Source: Chrysomallon squamiferum (taxonomy: Eukaryota > Animalia > Mollusca). Taken from it: a stretch of DNA of 64,000 bases. A program made the position numbers and the translations under genes. Under the pieces are notes generated by a model that saw only the letters and a list, made by a program, of their open reading frames with translations, was not told the DNA's origin and made no database searches. Positions within the stretch are counted from its first letter, which is position 1; each line of letters starts with the position of its first letter. The stretch is from contig CM022677.1 of the NCBI GenBank assembly GCA_012295275.1, positions 27,900,001 to 27,964,000 on the forward strand, written 5' to 3'. Below are positions 15,308 through 44,687 of this stretch, in pieces.

Positions 15308-16506
15308 ATACAGATATATAGACACACATACATATTGATAGATACATACATATATGCATACATACATACAGATGATAATCAGAACAGAAAGTTACCTCTA
15401 ATTTTGTATCCTGACAAAAGCCGCCCTACCAGCTGAAACCTCTGAGACTGATCAAAGAGGAGATGTTTATCTACTTTATCTGGACAGATTCACAAATGAG
15501 TACGTCTGTGCAGTGCGTGGTTTGTTTAACTGTTTGTAGTCACGTGATGGACCCAGGTTCTTACTTGTAACAGTGGTTAAGACATTAACCAGATACAAGG
15601 TTAAATCTCTGATGTTTGTTACAGTTTATGAAGGTAGAAGTTTAGTGTTAAAGTCATATAGCTTAACACGAGGTGCAGCAACATAATTAAACAGAGGCTG
15701 GTGGTGCTGGGTGTCTGCAGTGGGTATATTCCGCTTCTATCACATATTTAATTTATTTCATATCTAATCAGTGAAACTGCTGATTGTAGGGAAGCATGAA
15801 GTGCGGAGAACTGGAAGTTCAGTGTTTGACTGGGCAGGAATCCAGGCACACTGAGGGTCAAGAGGAGGCTTCCTAGGTTTCCAGCAGGCAGGCGGGTTTC
15901 AAGGTGGTATGGGATGGTGACACTGGAATGCAGATTTATTTCAGAATATCAGCCCCTACAGGGCTCAGAAAAGAGTGAATAATGCAGTTAAATCATTTGT
16001 CCTTGCAGAGAACAACTGTCATTCCGCAGTAGCAGCTGCAGATCTGGAGCTGATCAGGAGACTGAATGGATGCACGTGTGAAACACGGGGCTATAGAAGT
16101 GTAGACTCGCGATGGGAGAAAGAGATATAAAACAAACTTCTGTATAAATGAGACAATTGCTTCGTGTAGTAACAATACTTTTGCTCGAAATGAAGCAAAG
16201 TTTCATTTCTTTATTGCTGCAGACATTTATTTCCAAACGTGAGAAATGAACAGACACAAATTCAAACGTAAACACACAGCTCCAAGATCAAATCGCTTAA
16301 ATGAGGCAATCAAAGCCTGCTGAGTGGAAAGTGATTTTCAGGTCAATCGCTGGGACACGAGACGAATTCAAAGTTTTTAAAAACAGTCTGCGCTGAGTTC
16401 AGCTGCTCCTTACAGTCACGTGTCGACAGCACGTGTCTATAAATATCTGCAGTCAGAGCTGAATCAAGAACGAGATCAACAACAGGTAATATTTTAATTT
16501 TATTAT

Positions 16507-16780
16507 TCTAATACGAAACCACAATTATTGCTGGTTCTACTACAGATGTTTGTTTTTCTAATACAATACTATAACTAGTATTATTATTGCTGGTTCTACT
16601 ACAGGTGTTTGTGTTTCTAATGGAAAACTATCACTAGTATTATTATTGCTGGTTCTACTACAGGTGTTTGTGTTTCTAATACAAAACTATAACTAGTATT
16701 ATTATTGCTGGTTCTACTACAGGTGTTTGTGTTTTCTAATACAAAACTATAACTAGTATTATTATTGCTGATTCTACTAC
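16507..16780. repeat. ~60-bp tandem repeat (~4.5 copies)
   Basis: Unit TTCTAATACAAAACTATAACTAGTATTATTATTGCTGGTTCTACTACAGGTGTTTGTGT. Confidence 0.88.
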
Positions 16781-17030
16781 TTCTGCTAGACTCATTACTG
16801 ATATTACCTCTGTTACTAGCATTGCCACTAGATACATTAGCGTTACAGTTCTATTTAGTAGACGTAATGACTGAAGTACCAGCAGTTATACTAGCAGCAG
16901 CAATGTTAGGCTTATCGACTTATTGATTGCTTTATTTTTGTTATTATTATTAATATTATTTTTGATATATTATTGATCAATTTTATTGATTTATATATTC
17001 TTTAATGTATCGTTTTCGTTTCTTTGGTAG

Positions 17031-17220
17031 TTTCCTTCTATCATTGGCGGACGAAAGTAAATCGATTTTTGTAATGGATGTTTTATTTAATTGGAAAACT
17101 TATATAAATAAAATAATCTTCGCCGATGATGCTGAAATATCAGTTTTCACCGATTCGTTTCCTTTCACGCCTGCTGCTTCGTTTGAGATCCGCGTAGAAC
17201 TTGCAGGAAACAACTTAAAG
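17031..17220 (+). other. Orphan divergent galectin core exon (exon-5 paralog), open frame
   Basis: TTTGGTAG|t FLLSLADESKSIFVMDVLFNWKTYINKIIFADDAEISVFTDSFPFTPAASFEIRVELAGNNLK|GTGAC. Same phases (2,0) and downstream CT tract as exon 5 of L1/L2. No partner exons confidently found. Confidence 0.75.
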
Positions 17221-17390
17221 GTGACGTTCTCCTTCCTTCCTTTTAGCTCTGTCAGTCGCTGTCTCTGTTCTAGTCTCTCTCTCTCTCGTTCCTTCTCTCT
17301 GTCACTCTCTCTCTCTGTCTCTCTCTCACTCTCTTTTTCTCTTTCTCACTCTCTCTTTCACTCTCTCTCTTTCTCTCTCTCGCTCTCGTT

Positions 17391-17433
<43 letters not shown>

Positions 17434-17580
17434 CTTCTCTCACTCTCTCTTTCACTCTCTCTCTTTCTCTCTCGCACTTTCTCTCTCTCGCTCCTTCTCG
17501 ATCTCTCTTTCTCTCTCTCTGTCACTTTCTCTCTCTTTCTTTCTTATCTCTTTCTCTCTCTTCTCTCTTTCTCTCTCTCT

Positions 17581-17673
<93 letters not shown>

Positions 17674-19049
17674 ATATTCGTTCTTATTTTTGTACTTTTT
17701 ATTTTTTTAATTGTCTATCGCACTCTGTGTTGTGTTCTGAAAAGAAAACGGAAAATTCTTGTAGAGTCATATTTCAATCATCATTCTGACATGAAAATGG
17801 ATCACAGAATTTCAGACAGCTGAAGATAGTAATTAATAGCAAGCCCCTCTAAACTGGCTATAACACTCAGTTATTTCACTCAGTTTGTTACGTCAGTAAC
17901 TTTAGAATATTTTCTGAAAGCAGATAAACTGGACTAATAACGCACTTAGTGTAACGTCCACCACAGTGAAACCAAAGCATTCGCTGGTTTTCACTACTTC
18001 GAAACAGGACGAAGTTTCCGGCAGAAGTTAACGATTGGTTTTGCCCCCAGATGGCGCCACACTGAAATGATCATCTCGAGAAGCCAAGCTGTTCTGTGCT
18101 GAAGATGACAAAGTTTCTCATTTCGATTCAGTTTATATTTTCCAGTCACGTGATAGAATGTCCTCGTTTCTGCTTCCTCAAATATATTTAAATATTAAAA
18201 AGTCTTACTCATCACGAATGTGTGGAATTGTCCATATAAACATGTATCTACGTATCTACGTTCTAACCTACAAACATACATGCATACATATATACATACA
18301 TATATAACCATATATAATTTAATACGTAAAGACTGTACATATTAAAGAATTCAATAAAGGTGCCTGTTTTGTGTCTCTATTAAATGTTTAAAACATATTT
18401 GTTACAACCTCTCTGTGCGTTACCTATCTATTCGTTTAGTGTACACGTAATCAACTTATCATGGATTCTGACATCACCGTTTCAACTAGTTTCCACCAAA
18501 AGCATTTTGTTTATAATAGGTGAGTTTACAAATGAAAAAGAATGCAGAACATGCTAAGAATAGAATTCTGTGATAATAAACAGTTAAACTGTGAAGCTCA
18601 TTATCAGCTTCATACACAGAGGATAATAAATTTAACAGTTTAGATAAAGACCAAATGATTTCAAAAACCATAACACGTGATGAATTTAAAAAAGATAATA
18701 CGTGTGAGAATAAAAGTGACAGACAAGAACGAAGCAATAGGCACAGATCTGAAAACTGCTAAGTAGCAGAGTGTACTAAGTGTCCTAGATGTGTTTAACT
18801 CGCCTGCTTCCCCAATTAACAGCCTCGTCATCAACATTCCTAGATGTGTCTAACTCGTCTTGTAACCCACAGATGGAGTTTACCTGTTTAAACTTTACCC
18901 TGATCTGACCCCGAGGCAGACACCTTGACCACACCCAGATGTTGTGAATGGCGCAGGAAGACGAAGTCCAGTCACAACCTCAAAAAAAGTCAGATGTCGC
19001 TGACGTTACTCGAACGTTTGACCATACATTTTTAGTACGTCTCCAGGCC

Positions 19050-20400
19050 TGTATGTATGTATAAAATATATATGTATCTATGTATAAAATATATATGTAT
19101 GTATGTACAAATTATATATGTATGTATGTATGTATGTATAAATTAAATATGTATCTATGTATAAAATATATATGTATGTATGTATAAATTATATATGTAT
19201 GTATGTATAAAATATATATGTATCTATGTATAAAATATATATGTATGTATGCATAAAATATGTATGTATCTATGTATAAAATATATATGTATCTATGTAT
19301 AAAATATATATGTGTGTATGTATAAAATATATATGTATCTATGTATAAAATATATATGTATCTATGTATAAAATATATATGTATGTATGTATAAAATATA
19401 TATGTATGTATGTATAAAATATATATGTATGTGTGTATAAAATATATATGTATGTGTGTATGTATAAAATATATATGTATCTATGTAAAAAATATATATG
19501 TATGTATATATACATTATATATGTATGTATGTATAAAATATATATGTATCTATGTATAAAATATATATGTATGTATGTATAAATTATATATGTATGTATG
19601 TAGAAAATATATATGTATCTATGTATAAAATATATATGTATGTATGCATAAAATATATATGTATCTATGTATAAAATATATATGTATCTATGTATAAAAT
19701 ATATATGTATCTATGTATAAAATATATATGTATGTATGTATAAAATATATATGTATGTATGTATAAAATATATATGTATGTGTGTATGTATAAAATATAT
19801 ATGTATCTATGTATAAAATATATATGTATGTATGTATAAAATATATATGTATCTATGTATAAAATATATATGTATGTATGTATAAAACATATATGTATCT
19901 ATGTATAAAATATATATGTATGTATGTATAAAACATATATATATGTATGTATATATTATATATGTATCTATGTATAAAATATATATGTATGTATGTATAA
20001 AATATATATGTATGTATGTATGTATAAAATATATATGTATGTGTGTATAAAATATATATGTATGTGTGTATGTATAAAATATATATGTATCTATGTATAA
20101 AATATATATGTATGTATATATATACATTATATATGTATGTATGTATAAAATATATATGTATCTATGTATAAAATATATATGTATGTATGTATAAAACATA
20201 TATGTATCTATGTATAAAATATATATATATGTATGTATAAAATATATATGTATGTATGTATAAAATATATATGTATGTATGTATAAAATATATATGTATG
20301 TATGTATAAAATATATATTATGTATGTATGTATAAAATATATATGTATGTATGTATAAAATATATATGTATGTATGTATGCATCTATATATATTATATGT
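19050..20400. repeat. AT-rich ~22-bp minisatellite (TATGTATAAAATATATATGTAT/C)n
   Basis: Tandem period. A single unit is present at the equivalent site downstream of S8 (~55520). Confidence 0.92.
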
Positions 20401-20736
20401 GTGTATGTTTCTATATATAGATAGATAGACAGATAGGTAGGTGTGTTTGTTAGTTTGCAGTTACATATCTGAGAGATTGGTAGTTAAGCAGATACATATA
20501 TAGCTGCTTCAGATTTTAAACAAAGAAGAACAACACTATTTATATATTATTATTATTATATATATATATATATATGTCAGTGTTTATTTATAAGTATTTT
20601 CGTTTATGATTGAGATGTATATGTTTACTGATATCTTGTTTCAGTACACAAGTTTTACTAGTTGACTAGATACACTATGTTCTGTGCAGACGTAGTCCAA
20701 TGATTCGAGAGACTCACTGGAAGTGAAGACCTCGAT

Positions 20737-21969
<1,233 letters not shown>

Positions 21970-23380
21970 CTTGAAGAAAAGTGTTGTGACTATAGAGCAA
22001 GCAGTTCACTTATTTATACACAAAATAAATTCTTAATTAATATAAAATAAATTATGAACAGTTTGACTTCTGTCAGTCAGTTTGGTTATTAACACGTGTT
22101 GTTGTTGTAAAATTAGTTTGAAGACAGCAATCACAGACAAAATAAATTAAAAGCAGTTTGACTTCCATCATTTAGTATCTGCTATTATACCAAAAATACA
22201 CGTGTCATTCTGATTAGTTGTTGTTAATTCTGTTAGAAAGAGCAAAATTAAAATTATTAACAACAACAGCAACAACAACAACAACTGCTGGTATTAGCTG
22301 AGGAATTACAACGCTTACTATGTAGATTATTTTGCCTAATGCTGCAACTATTACCATTACTTCAACTAATCATATTTTACTGTTAGTTAAACTATAATTA
22401 TTTATATATTTATTTATATATTTATTTATATTACTTACTAAATAGGTGTCTGTCTATGAACTTACACATATGGTATACACAAATATAAATTAAATACATT
22501 CGAGTACTAGAAGTAGTATTATTAGAAGTACTGAGACTGGTTTCTAATTCATAGTGAAATAGAAAAGCAACAACATCACTTCTGAAATATACATTGCTAC
22601 TACTAGGATTGCAACTACCAGTACTACTATTGCTGTTACAACAACTACTACTACTGTCTCATAACAGAGACAGAACCGTGAAAATTAAAAATAAATCCAA
22701 ACTTCTACGTCATTAAAACTGTTGATTTGTGTATAAGAAATTATTATGGGATATTTTAGTGATGAAGTCTACAGACTGATTTACTGGTAGATCGCTGGAC
22801 TCGAGTTGAACTCAGCAATGTTTAAATTAAACACAGTTTGATCTGTCGTCATGTGATACTCACAGTTATATCTACACAACACGTGTCTGTAATTATCTGT
22901 AGCCAAGGCTGAAACAGTAGCGAAATGAACAACAACAACAGTGAACATTGTAACTAAGTTTCTAGTACTGCTACCGCCACTACTACAACTACTACAACTA
23001 CAATCGTTATTGCTACTATTTCTACGTTTACCAAAGCTTCTAGTACTACAACTGTCACAACGTGACTATTCTTATTTTTGTTCAGACTGCTACTATCATC
23101 ACAACAACTACTCCGCATTTCTCAAAGTAGCTGCTGTTCTTGATATTCTATCTAACAACAATTAATGAAAATGTCACGTGTAGTTTTGATATATCTGTAG
23201 ATAAAGAATGATGGAAGTCAAACTGTTTTAAATTTATTTTCTGTGTGATTGCAATCTTCAAACTAATTTTACAACAACAACACATGTTCATATCCAAATT
23301 ATGTGTCAGAAATCAAATTATTTTTAATTTACATTAATTAAAAATTGATTTTCTGTACAAATAACCTAAGTTTAATCAAG

Positions 23381-23435
23381 ATGAAGCTAGTTTTCATTTC
23401 AGCCTCGCTGTAACCGTTTCCATAGAAACGTGAGA
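23381..23435 (+). pseudogene. Decayed exon-1 relic behind a degenerate family promoter
   Basis: CAAGATGAAGCTAGTTTTCATTTC (MKLVFISASL*) follows a promoter-like block at 23170-23380. Equivalent relics at 40512 (-) and 58532 (+). Confidence 0.55.
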
Positions 23436-23439
23436 CACA

Positions 23440-24270
23440 CACACACACACAGTTCCAAACATACACACACACAGTTCCAAACATACACACACAGTTCCAA
23501 ACATACACACACAGTTCCAAACATACACACACAGTTCCAAACATAGACACACAGTTCCAAACATACACACACACACAGTTCCAAACATACACACACAGAG
23601 AGTTCCAAACATACACACACAGTTCCAAACATACACACACAGTTCCAAACATAGACACACAGTTCGAAACATACACACACACAGTTCCAAACATACACAC
23701 ACTCACACACAGTTCGAACTATACTCACAGACACACACAGTTCCACACATACACACAGTTCCAAACATACAACACGCAGTTCCAACCATACTCACACACA
23801 CACTTCCAAACAATACCAAACATCACACAAACATATCACACAGTTCCAAACATACACACACACAGTTCCAAACATATTCAAACATTCACACACAGACACA
23901 GTTCCAAACATTCACACACACAGTTCCAAACATATACAGACACAGTTCCAAACATACACACACACAGTTCCAAACATATTCAGACACAGTTCCAAACATT
24001 CACACACACAGTTCCAAACATATACAGACACAGTTCCAAACATTCACACACACAGTTCCAAACATATACAGACACAGTTCCAAACATATTCAGACACAGT
24101 TCCAAACATTCAGTTCCAAACATATACAGACACAGTTCCAAACATACACACACACAGTTCCAAACAAATACAGACACAGTTCCAAACAGATACACAAACA
24201 CACACACAGTTCCAAACATATACAGACACAGTTCCAAACACATACAGACACAGTTCCAAACACATACACA
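23440..24270. repeat. ~20-24-bp minisatellite (CAGTTCCAAACATACACACA)n
   Basis: Tandem period. Inverted and longer at 39115-40460; only ~3 units at 58590-58665. Confidence 0.93.
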
Positions 24271-25951
24271 CACAACAGCAAGATCAGGTCTTTTAACTTC
24301 AGCCATCATTGAGAGCAGATTGACTTACAGGTAGATCGAGAACAGTTCAACTGAGCAGTGTGCAAAGTAAGAACAGTTTGAGTTCTGTTAATTTGATATT
24401 CTCAATGAAATGTACACTGTACGTGTCCATAGTTATATGCAGACAAGCTTGAAACAAAATCAAAATCAACAACAGTTAATTTAGTAAAGGTGGTTTCTAG
24501 TACTACTATTACTACAGTTACTACCACAACAACTATTACTACAGTTACTACCACTACAACTATTACTACAGTTACTACCACTACACCCATTAGTACTGTT
24601 CCTACTACTACTACTTCTACTTCTATTGACGTTTCTATTACTAGTACTGTCACAACTAAACTACTGTTATTTTTATTCAGACTGCTACTACTACTACTTT
24701 TACGTCTATCACTTTTTCTAATAACTGTACGACAACAACTACTCAGACTATTTTTGTTTTAAATATATTTCTAGAAGATATTTCTCAAATGATAATGAAA
24801 TGCTTTATACTGAATTCCAAGAATACATCAATTTATTTCAGTGGAAAACGTTTAATTGCATTCATTGGTAAATTTAAGTGTAAAAATCTTTCCACATCGT
24901 TATTGCCAATACGTCTTTCTTGAAAAAAAAAATACATTCTAATTTCTACGCCATTAAACCTTTCAACTATTAATTAAGAAATTATTATGGGATATGTGAA
25001 AGCTGAACACATTTAACTGCTCATTTCAAGACCCTCATTGATTTAGAGGTCAAATGCTGGGACACGAGCTCAAGTCCACAGTCTCCAAATTAAAACAGTT
25101 TGAGTTGTGTTAATTTCATATTTACTGTTATATCTAAACAACACATGTGTATAATTATGTGCAGTCAAGGCTGAAACAAAGCCAAATCAACAACAGTTAA
25201 TATTTTAATTTTATTATTCTAATACGAAACTACAATTGTTGCTGTTTCTACTACTTCTACCAGTACCATTACTACTATTAATCATGTTCTAACATTACCA
25301 GTAGAAAAATATATATTATATTTATCTTTAGTAGATGAACTGGTTCTAGTAGCAGTTGTTGTAGTTGCAAAAGCAACGTTAGTAAAACTAAGTCGTAGTA
25401 TAAGAATACGAATTCCACCAGTAGCAGTTGTGCTGGAAGTAGTTTTAGTTGCTGTATTTGTTCTCATATACTAAGAGTTGTATAATTAACTATGATATAG
25501 TTGTACTAATTGCAGTAGTATTAATAGTCATACTGATAACTGTGGTATAATAGTAATTCCACCAGTAGCTGCATTAGTAATAGTTGCTTCTTTTGTGGTT
25601 GTTGTAACAGTGGTTTTAATAGCTGTTGTTGTTGTAGTAGTGACAGTACACTACATTAGTCGTAGTAGTTGTAGATTTGTTATTCTATCTGAATTAACAA
25701 CAGTTAATTAAAATAACACGTGTATTCTTGGTATAATAGAAGATACTAAATGATTGAAGTCAAACTGTTTTTAATTTATTTTCTGTGTGATTGCTGTCTT
25801 CAAACTAATTTTACAACAACGACACGTTTTAATGACCAAACTGACTGACAGAAGTCAAACTGTTTATAATTTATTTTATATTAATTAAGAATTTATTTTG
25901 TGTATAAATAACAGAACTACTTGCTCTATAGTCACAACACTTTTCTTCAAG

Positions 25952-33160
<7,209 letters not shown>

Positions 33161-33236
33161 ACATATGTATCAGTATGTAACCAACCACTCAGTGACACAT
33201 AACAGCTACACTCGCGTATTTGGCCTATTAGCAGAA

Positions 33237-35330
<2,094 letters not shown>

Positions 35331-35347
35331 CTGAAAATGATATTATT

Positions 35348-35547
35348 NNNNNNNNNNNNNNNNNNNNNNNNNNNNNNNNNNNNNNNNNNNNNNNNNNNNN
35401 NNNNNNNNNNNNNNNNNNNNNNNNNNNNNNNNNNNNNNNNNNNNNNNNNNNNNNNNNNNNNNNNNNNNNNNNNNNNNNNNNNNNNNNNNNNNNNNNNNNN
35501 NNNNNNNNNNNNNNNNNNNNNNNNNNNNNNNNNNNNNNNNNNNNNNN
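35348..35547. other. Assembly gap (200 N)
   Basis: Run of N. Confidence 1.
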
Positions 35548-35869
35548 CAACTACAGTACAGTGTTTTGTATTTATTTACATTTAACAACTACAGTACTGT
35601 TTGTATATTTTTACAGTTATACCACATTTAACAACTACAGTACAGTGTTTACTTCTTACATTTAACAACTACAGTACAGTGTTTACTTTACATTTTAACC
35701 ACAGTACAGTGTTTTCTACATTTAGCAACTACAGAGGAGTCCTTTGATGTATTCTCGCTGATATACTCGTGTTCGGTTTGATTATTTTAATACTGGTATA
35801 ATCTGCTTTATAGTAAACATTGGTAAGAAAGAAAATAAAAAAATATTTTTGAAAGTGTTGCCTAGTTAC

Positions 35870-37361
<1,492 letters not shown>

Positions 37362-39114
37362 CTTGAAGAAAAGTGTTGTGACTATAGAGCAAGCAGTTCA
37401 CTTATTTATACACAAAATAAATTCTTAATTAATATAAAATAAATTATAAACAGTTTGACTTCTGTCAGTCAGTTTGGTTATTAACACGTGTCGTTGTTGT
37501 GAAATTAGTTTGAAGACAGCAATCACAGAGAAAATAAATTAGAAACGGTTTGACTTCTGCTGATTGCGTTTCTGCTGTTATAATCGAAACTACACGGACC
37601 CTTCTGAATAAATTAGAAACAGTTTGACTTCCATCATTTCGTATCTACTATTATACCAAGAATACACGTGTCATTTTAATTAACTGTTGTTAATTCAGAT
37701 AGAATAACAAATCAACAACTACTACGACTAATGTAGTGTACTGTCACTACTACAACAACAACAGCTATGAATACCACTGTTACAACAACCACAAAAGAAG
37801 CAACTATTACTAATGCAGCTACTGGTGGAATTACTATTATACCACAGTTATCAGGATGACTATCAATACTACTGCAATTAGCACAACTATATCATAGTTA
37901 ATTATACAACTATTAGTATATGAGAACAAATACAGCAACTAAAACTACTTCCAGCACAACTGCTACTGGTGGAATTCGTATTCTTATACTACGACTTAGT
38001 TTTACTAACGTTGCTTTTGCAACTACAACAACTGCTACTAGGACCAGTGCATCTACTAAAGATAGATATAATATATATTTTTCTACTGGTAATGTTAGAA
38101 CATGATTAATAGCATAATGGTACTGGTAGAAGTAGTAGAAACAGCAACAATTGTAGTTTTGTATTAGAATAATAAAATTAAAATATTAACTGTTGTTGTT
38201 TTCGCTTTTCTTTCAGCCTTGACTGCAGATACTTACAGACACGTGTTGTTTGGATATAACAGTAAATATGAAATTAACACAACTCAAACTGTTTTTAATT
38301 TGGAGACTGTGAACTTCAGCTCGTGTCCCAGCATTTGACCTCTAAATCAATGAGGGTCTTGAAATGAGCAGTTAAATGTGTTCAGCTTTCACATATCCCA
38401 TAATAATTTCTTAATTAATAGTTGAAAGGTTTAATGGCGTAGAAATTAGAATGTATTTTTACTTTTCAAGAAAGACGTATTGGCAATAACGATGTGGAAA
38501 GATTTTTACACTTAAATTTACCAATGAATGCAATTAAACGTTTTCCACTGAAATAAATTGATGTATTCTTGGAATTCAGTATAAAGCATTTCATTATCAT
38601 TTGAGAAATATCTTCTAGAAATATATTTAAAACAAAAATAGTCTGAGTAGTTGTTGTCGTACAGTTATTAGAAAAAGTGATAGACGTAAAAGTAGTAGTA
38701 GTAGCAGTCTGAATAAAAATAACAGTAGTTTAGTTGTGACAGTACTAGTAATAGAAACATCAATAGAAGTAGAAGTAGTAGTAGTAGGAACAGTACTAAT
38801 GGGTGTAGTGGTAGTAACTGTAGTAATAGTCTTAGTGGTAGTAACTGTAGTAATAGTTGTTGTGGTAGTAACTGTAGTAATAGTAGTACTAGAAACCACC
38901 TTTACTAAATTAACTGTTGTTGATTTTGATTTTGTTTCAAGCTTGACTGCAGATAACTATGGACACGTAGAGTGTACATTTCATTGAGAATATCAAATTA
39001 ACAGAACTCAAACTGTTCTTACTTTGCACACTGCTCAGTTGAACTGTTCTCGATCTACATGTAAGTCAATCTGCACTCAATGATGGCTGAAGTTAAAAGA
39101 CCTGCTCTTGCTGT

Positions 39115-40460
39115 TGTGTATGTATGTTTGGAACTGTGTGTATGTGTTTGGAACTGTGTCTGTATATGTTTGGAACCGTGTGTGTGTGTTTGGAACTGTA
39201 TCTGTATATGTTTGGAACTGTGTGTGTGTATGCTTGGAACTGTGTCTGTATATGTTTGGAACTGTGTGTGTGTGTATGTTTGGAACTGTGTCTGTATATG
39301 TTTGGAACTGTGTGTGTGTATGTTTGGAACTGTGTCTGTATATGTTTGGAACTGTGTGTGTGAATGTTTGGAACTGTGTCTGAATATGTTTGGAACTGTG
39401 TGTGTGTGTATGTTTGGAACCGTGTGTGTGTATGTTTGGAACTGTGTCTGTATATGTTTGGAACTGTGTTTGTGAATGTTTGGAACTGTGTCTGAATATG
39501 TTTGGAACTGTGTGTGTATATGTTTGGAACTGTGTGTGTATGTTTGGAACTGTGTCTGTATATGTTTGGAACTGTGTGTGTGAATGTTTGGAACTGTGTC
39601 TGAATATGTTTGGAACTGTGTGTGTATATGTTTGGAACTGTGTGTGTGTATGTTTGGAACTGTGTCTGTATATGTTTGGAACGGTGTGTGTGAATGTTTG
39701 GAACTGTGTCTGAATATGTTTGGAACTGTGTGTGTGTGTATGTTTGGAACCGTGTGTGTGTATATTTGGAACTGTGTCTGTATATGTTTGGAACTGTCTG
39801 TTTGAATGTTTGGAACTGTGTCTGAATATGTTTGGAACTGTGTGTGTATATGTTTGGAACTGTGTGTGTGTATGTTTGGAACTGTGTGTGTATATGTTTG
39901 GAACTGTGTGTGTCTATGTTTGGAACTGTGTCTGTATATGTTTGGAACTGTGTGCGTGTATGTTTGGAACTGTGTCTGTATATGTTTGGAACTGTGTGCG
40001 TGAATGTTTGGAACTGTGTCTGTATATGTTTGGAACTGTGTGTGTGAATGTTTGGAACTGTGTCTGAATATGTTTGGAACTGTGTGTGTGTATGTTTGGA
40101 ACTGTGTGTGTGAGTATTGTTGGAAGTGTGTGTGTGAGTATGGTTGGAACTGCGTGTTGTATGTTTGGAACTGTGTGTGTGTATGTGTGGAACTGTGTGT
40201 GTCTGTGAGTATAGTTCGAACTGTGTGTGAGTGTGTGTATGTTTGGAACTGTGTGTGTGTATGTTTCGAACTGTGTGTGTGTATGTTTGGAACTCTCTGT
40301 GTGTGTATGTTTGGAACTGTGTGTGTGTGTATGTTTGGAACTGTGTGTCTATGTTTGGAACTGTGTGTGTATGTTTGGAACTGTGTGTGTATGTTTGGAA
40401 CTGTGTGTGTATGTTTGGAACTGTGTGTGTGTATGTTTGGAACTGTGTGTGTGTGTGTCT
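39115..40460. repeat. (TGTTTGGAACTGTGTGTGTA)n minisatellite, reverse complement of 23440-24270
   Basis: Tandem period. Confidence 0.93.
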
Positions 40461-41929
40461 CACGTTTCTATGGAAACGGTTACAGCGAGGCTGAAATGAA
40501 AACTAGCTTCATCTTGATTAAACTTAGGTTATTTGTACAGAAAATCAATTTTTAATTAATGTAAATTAAAAATAATTTGATTTCTGACACATAATTTGGA
40601 TATGAACATGTGTAGTCGTTGTAAAATTAGTTTGAAGGTTGCAATCACACAGAAAATAAATTAAAAACAGTTTGACTTCCATCATTCTTTATCTACAGAT
40701 ATATCAAAACTACACGTGACATTTTCATTAACTGTTGTTAGATAGAATAACAAGAACAGCAGCTACTTTGAGAAATGCGGAGTAGTTGTTGTGATGATAG
40801 TAGCAGTCTGAACAAAAATAAGAATAGTCACGTTGTGACAGTTGTAGTACTAGAAGCATTGGAAAACGTAGAAATAGTAGTAATAACGATTGTAGTTGTA
40901 GTAGTTGTAGTAGTGGCGGTAGCAGTACTAGAAACTTAGTTACAATGTTCACTGTTGTTGTTGTTCATTTCGCTACTGTTTCAGCCTTGGCTACAGATAA
41001 TTACAGACACGTGTTGTGTAGATATAACTGTGAGTATCACATGACGACAGATCAAACTGTGTTTAATTTAAACATTGCTGAGTTCAACTCGTGTCCAGCG
41101 ATCTACCAGTAAATCAGTCTGTAGACTTCATCACTAAAATATCCCATAATAATTTCTTATACACAAATCAACAGTTTTAATGACGTAGAAGTTTGGATTT
41201 ATTTTTAATTTTCACGGTTCTGTCTCTGTTATGAGACAGTAGTAGTAGTTGTTGTAACAGCAATAGTAGTACTGGTAGTTGCATTCCTAGTAGTAGCAAT
41301 GTATATTTCAGAAGTGATGTTGTTGCTTTTCTATTTCACTATGAATTAGAAACCAGTCTCAGTACTTCTAATAATACTACTTCTAGTACTCGAATGTATT
41401 TAATTTATATTTGTGTATACCATATGTGTAAGTTCATAGACAGACACCTATTTAGTAAGTAATATAAATAAATAAATAAATAAATATATAAATAATTGTA
41501 GTTTAACTAACAGTAAAATATGATTAGTTGAAGTAGTGGTAGTAGTTGCAGCATTAGGCAAAATAATCTACATAGTAAGCGTTGTAATTCCTCAGCTAAT
41601 AGCAGCAGTTGTTGTTGTTGTTGTTGTTGCTGTTGTTGTTAATAATTTTAATTTTGCTCTTTCTAACAGAATTAACAACATTTAATTAAAATGACACGTG
41701 TAGTTTTGGTATAATAACAGATACTAAATGATGGAAGTCAAACTGCTTTTAATTTATTTTGTCTGTGATTGCTGTCTTCAAAGTAATTTTACAACAATGA
41801 CACGTGTTAATAACCAAACTGACTGACAGAAGTCAAACTGTTCATAATTTATTTTATATTAATTAAGAATTTATTTTGTGTATAAATAAGTGAACTGCTT
41901 GCTCTATAGTCACAATACTTTTCTTCAAG

Positions 41930-44687
<2,758 letters not shown>

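Noticed and set aside
15421-15499. Possible exon-4 paralog (PPYQLKPLRLIKEEMFIYFIWTDSQM) upstream of the orphan galectin exon
   Set aside because: Similarity is weak and the 79-nt length gives the wrong phase for joining to 17031.
15770-16080. Locally GC-richer stretch, possible exon or transposon fragment
   Set aside because: No recognisable protein motif or terminal repeats.
24490-24762. Thr-rich mucin-like ORF (also 38627, 58890) and VTP repeat ORF at 61154
   Set aside because: ACT/GTA-rich simple repeats in intergenic cassettes, with no convincing splice or start context.
39093-40463. 456-aa HTVPNI/QFQTY ORF
   Set aside because: Minisatellite translation with overlapping ORFs on both strands.
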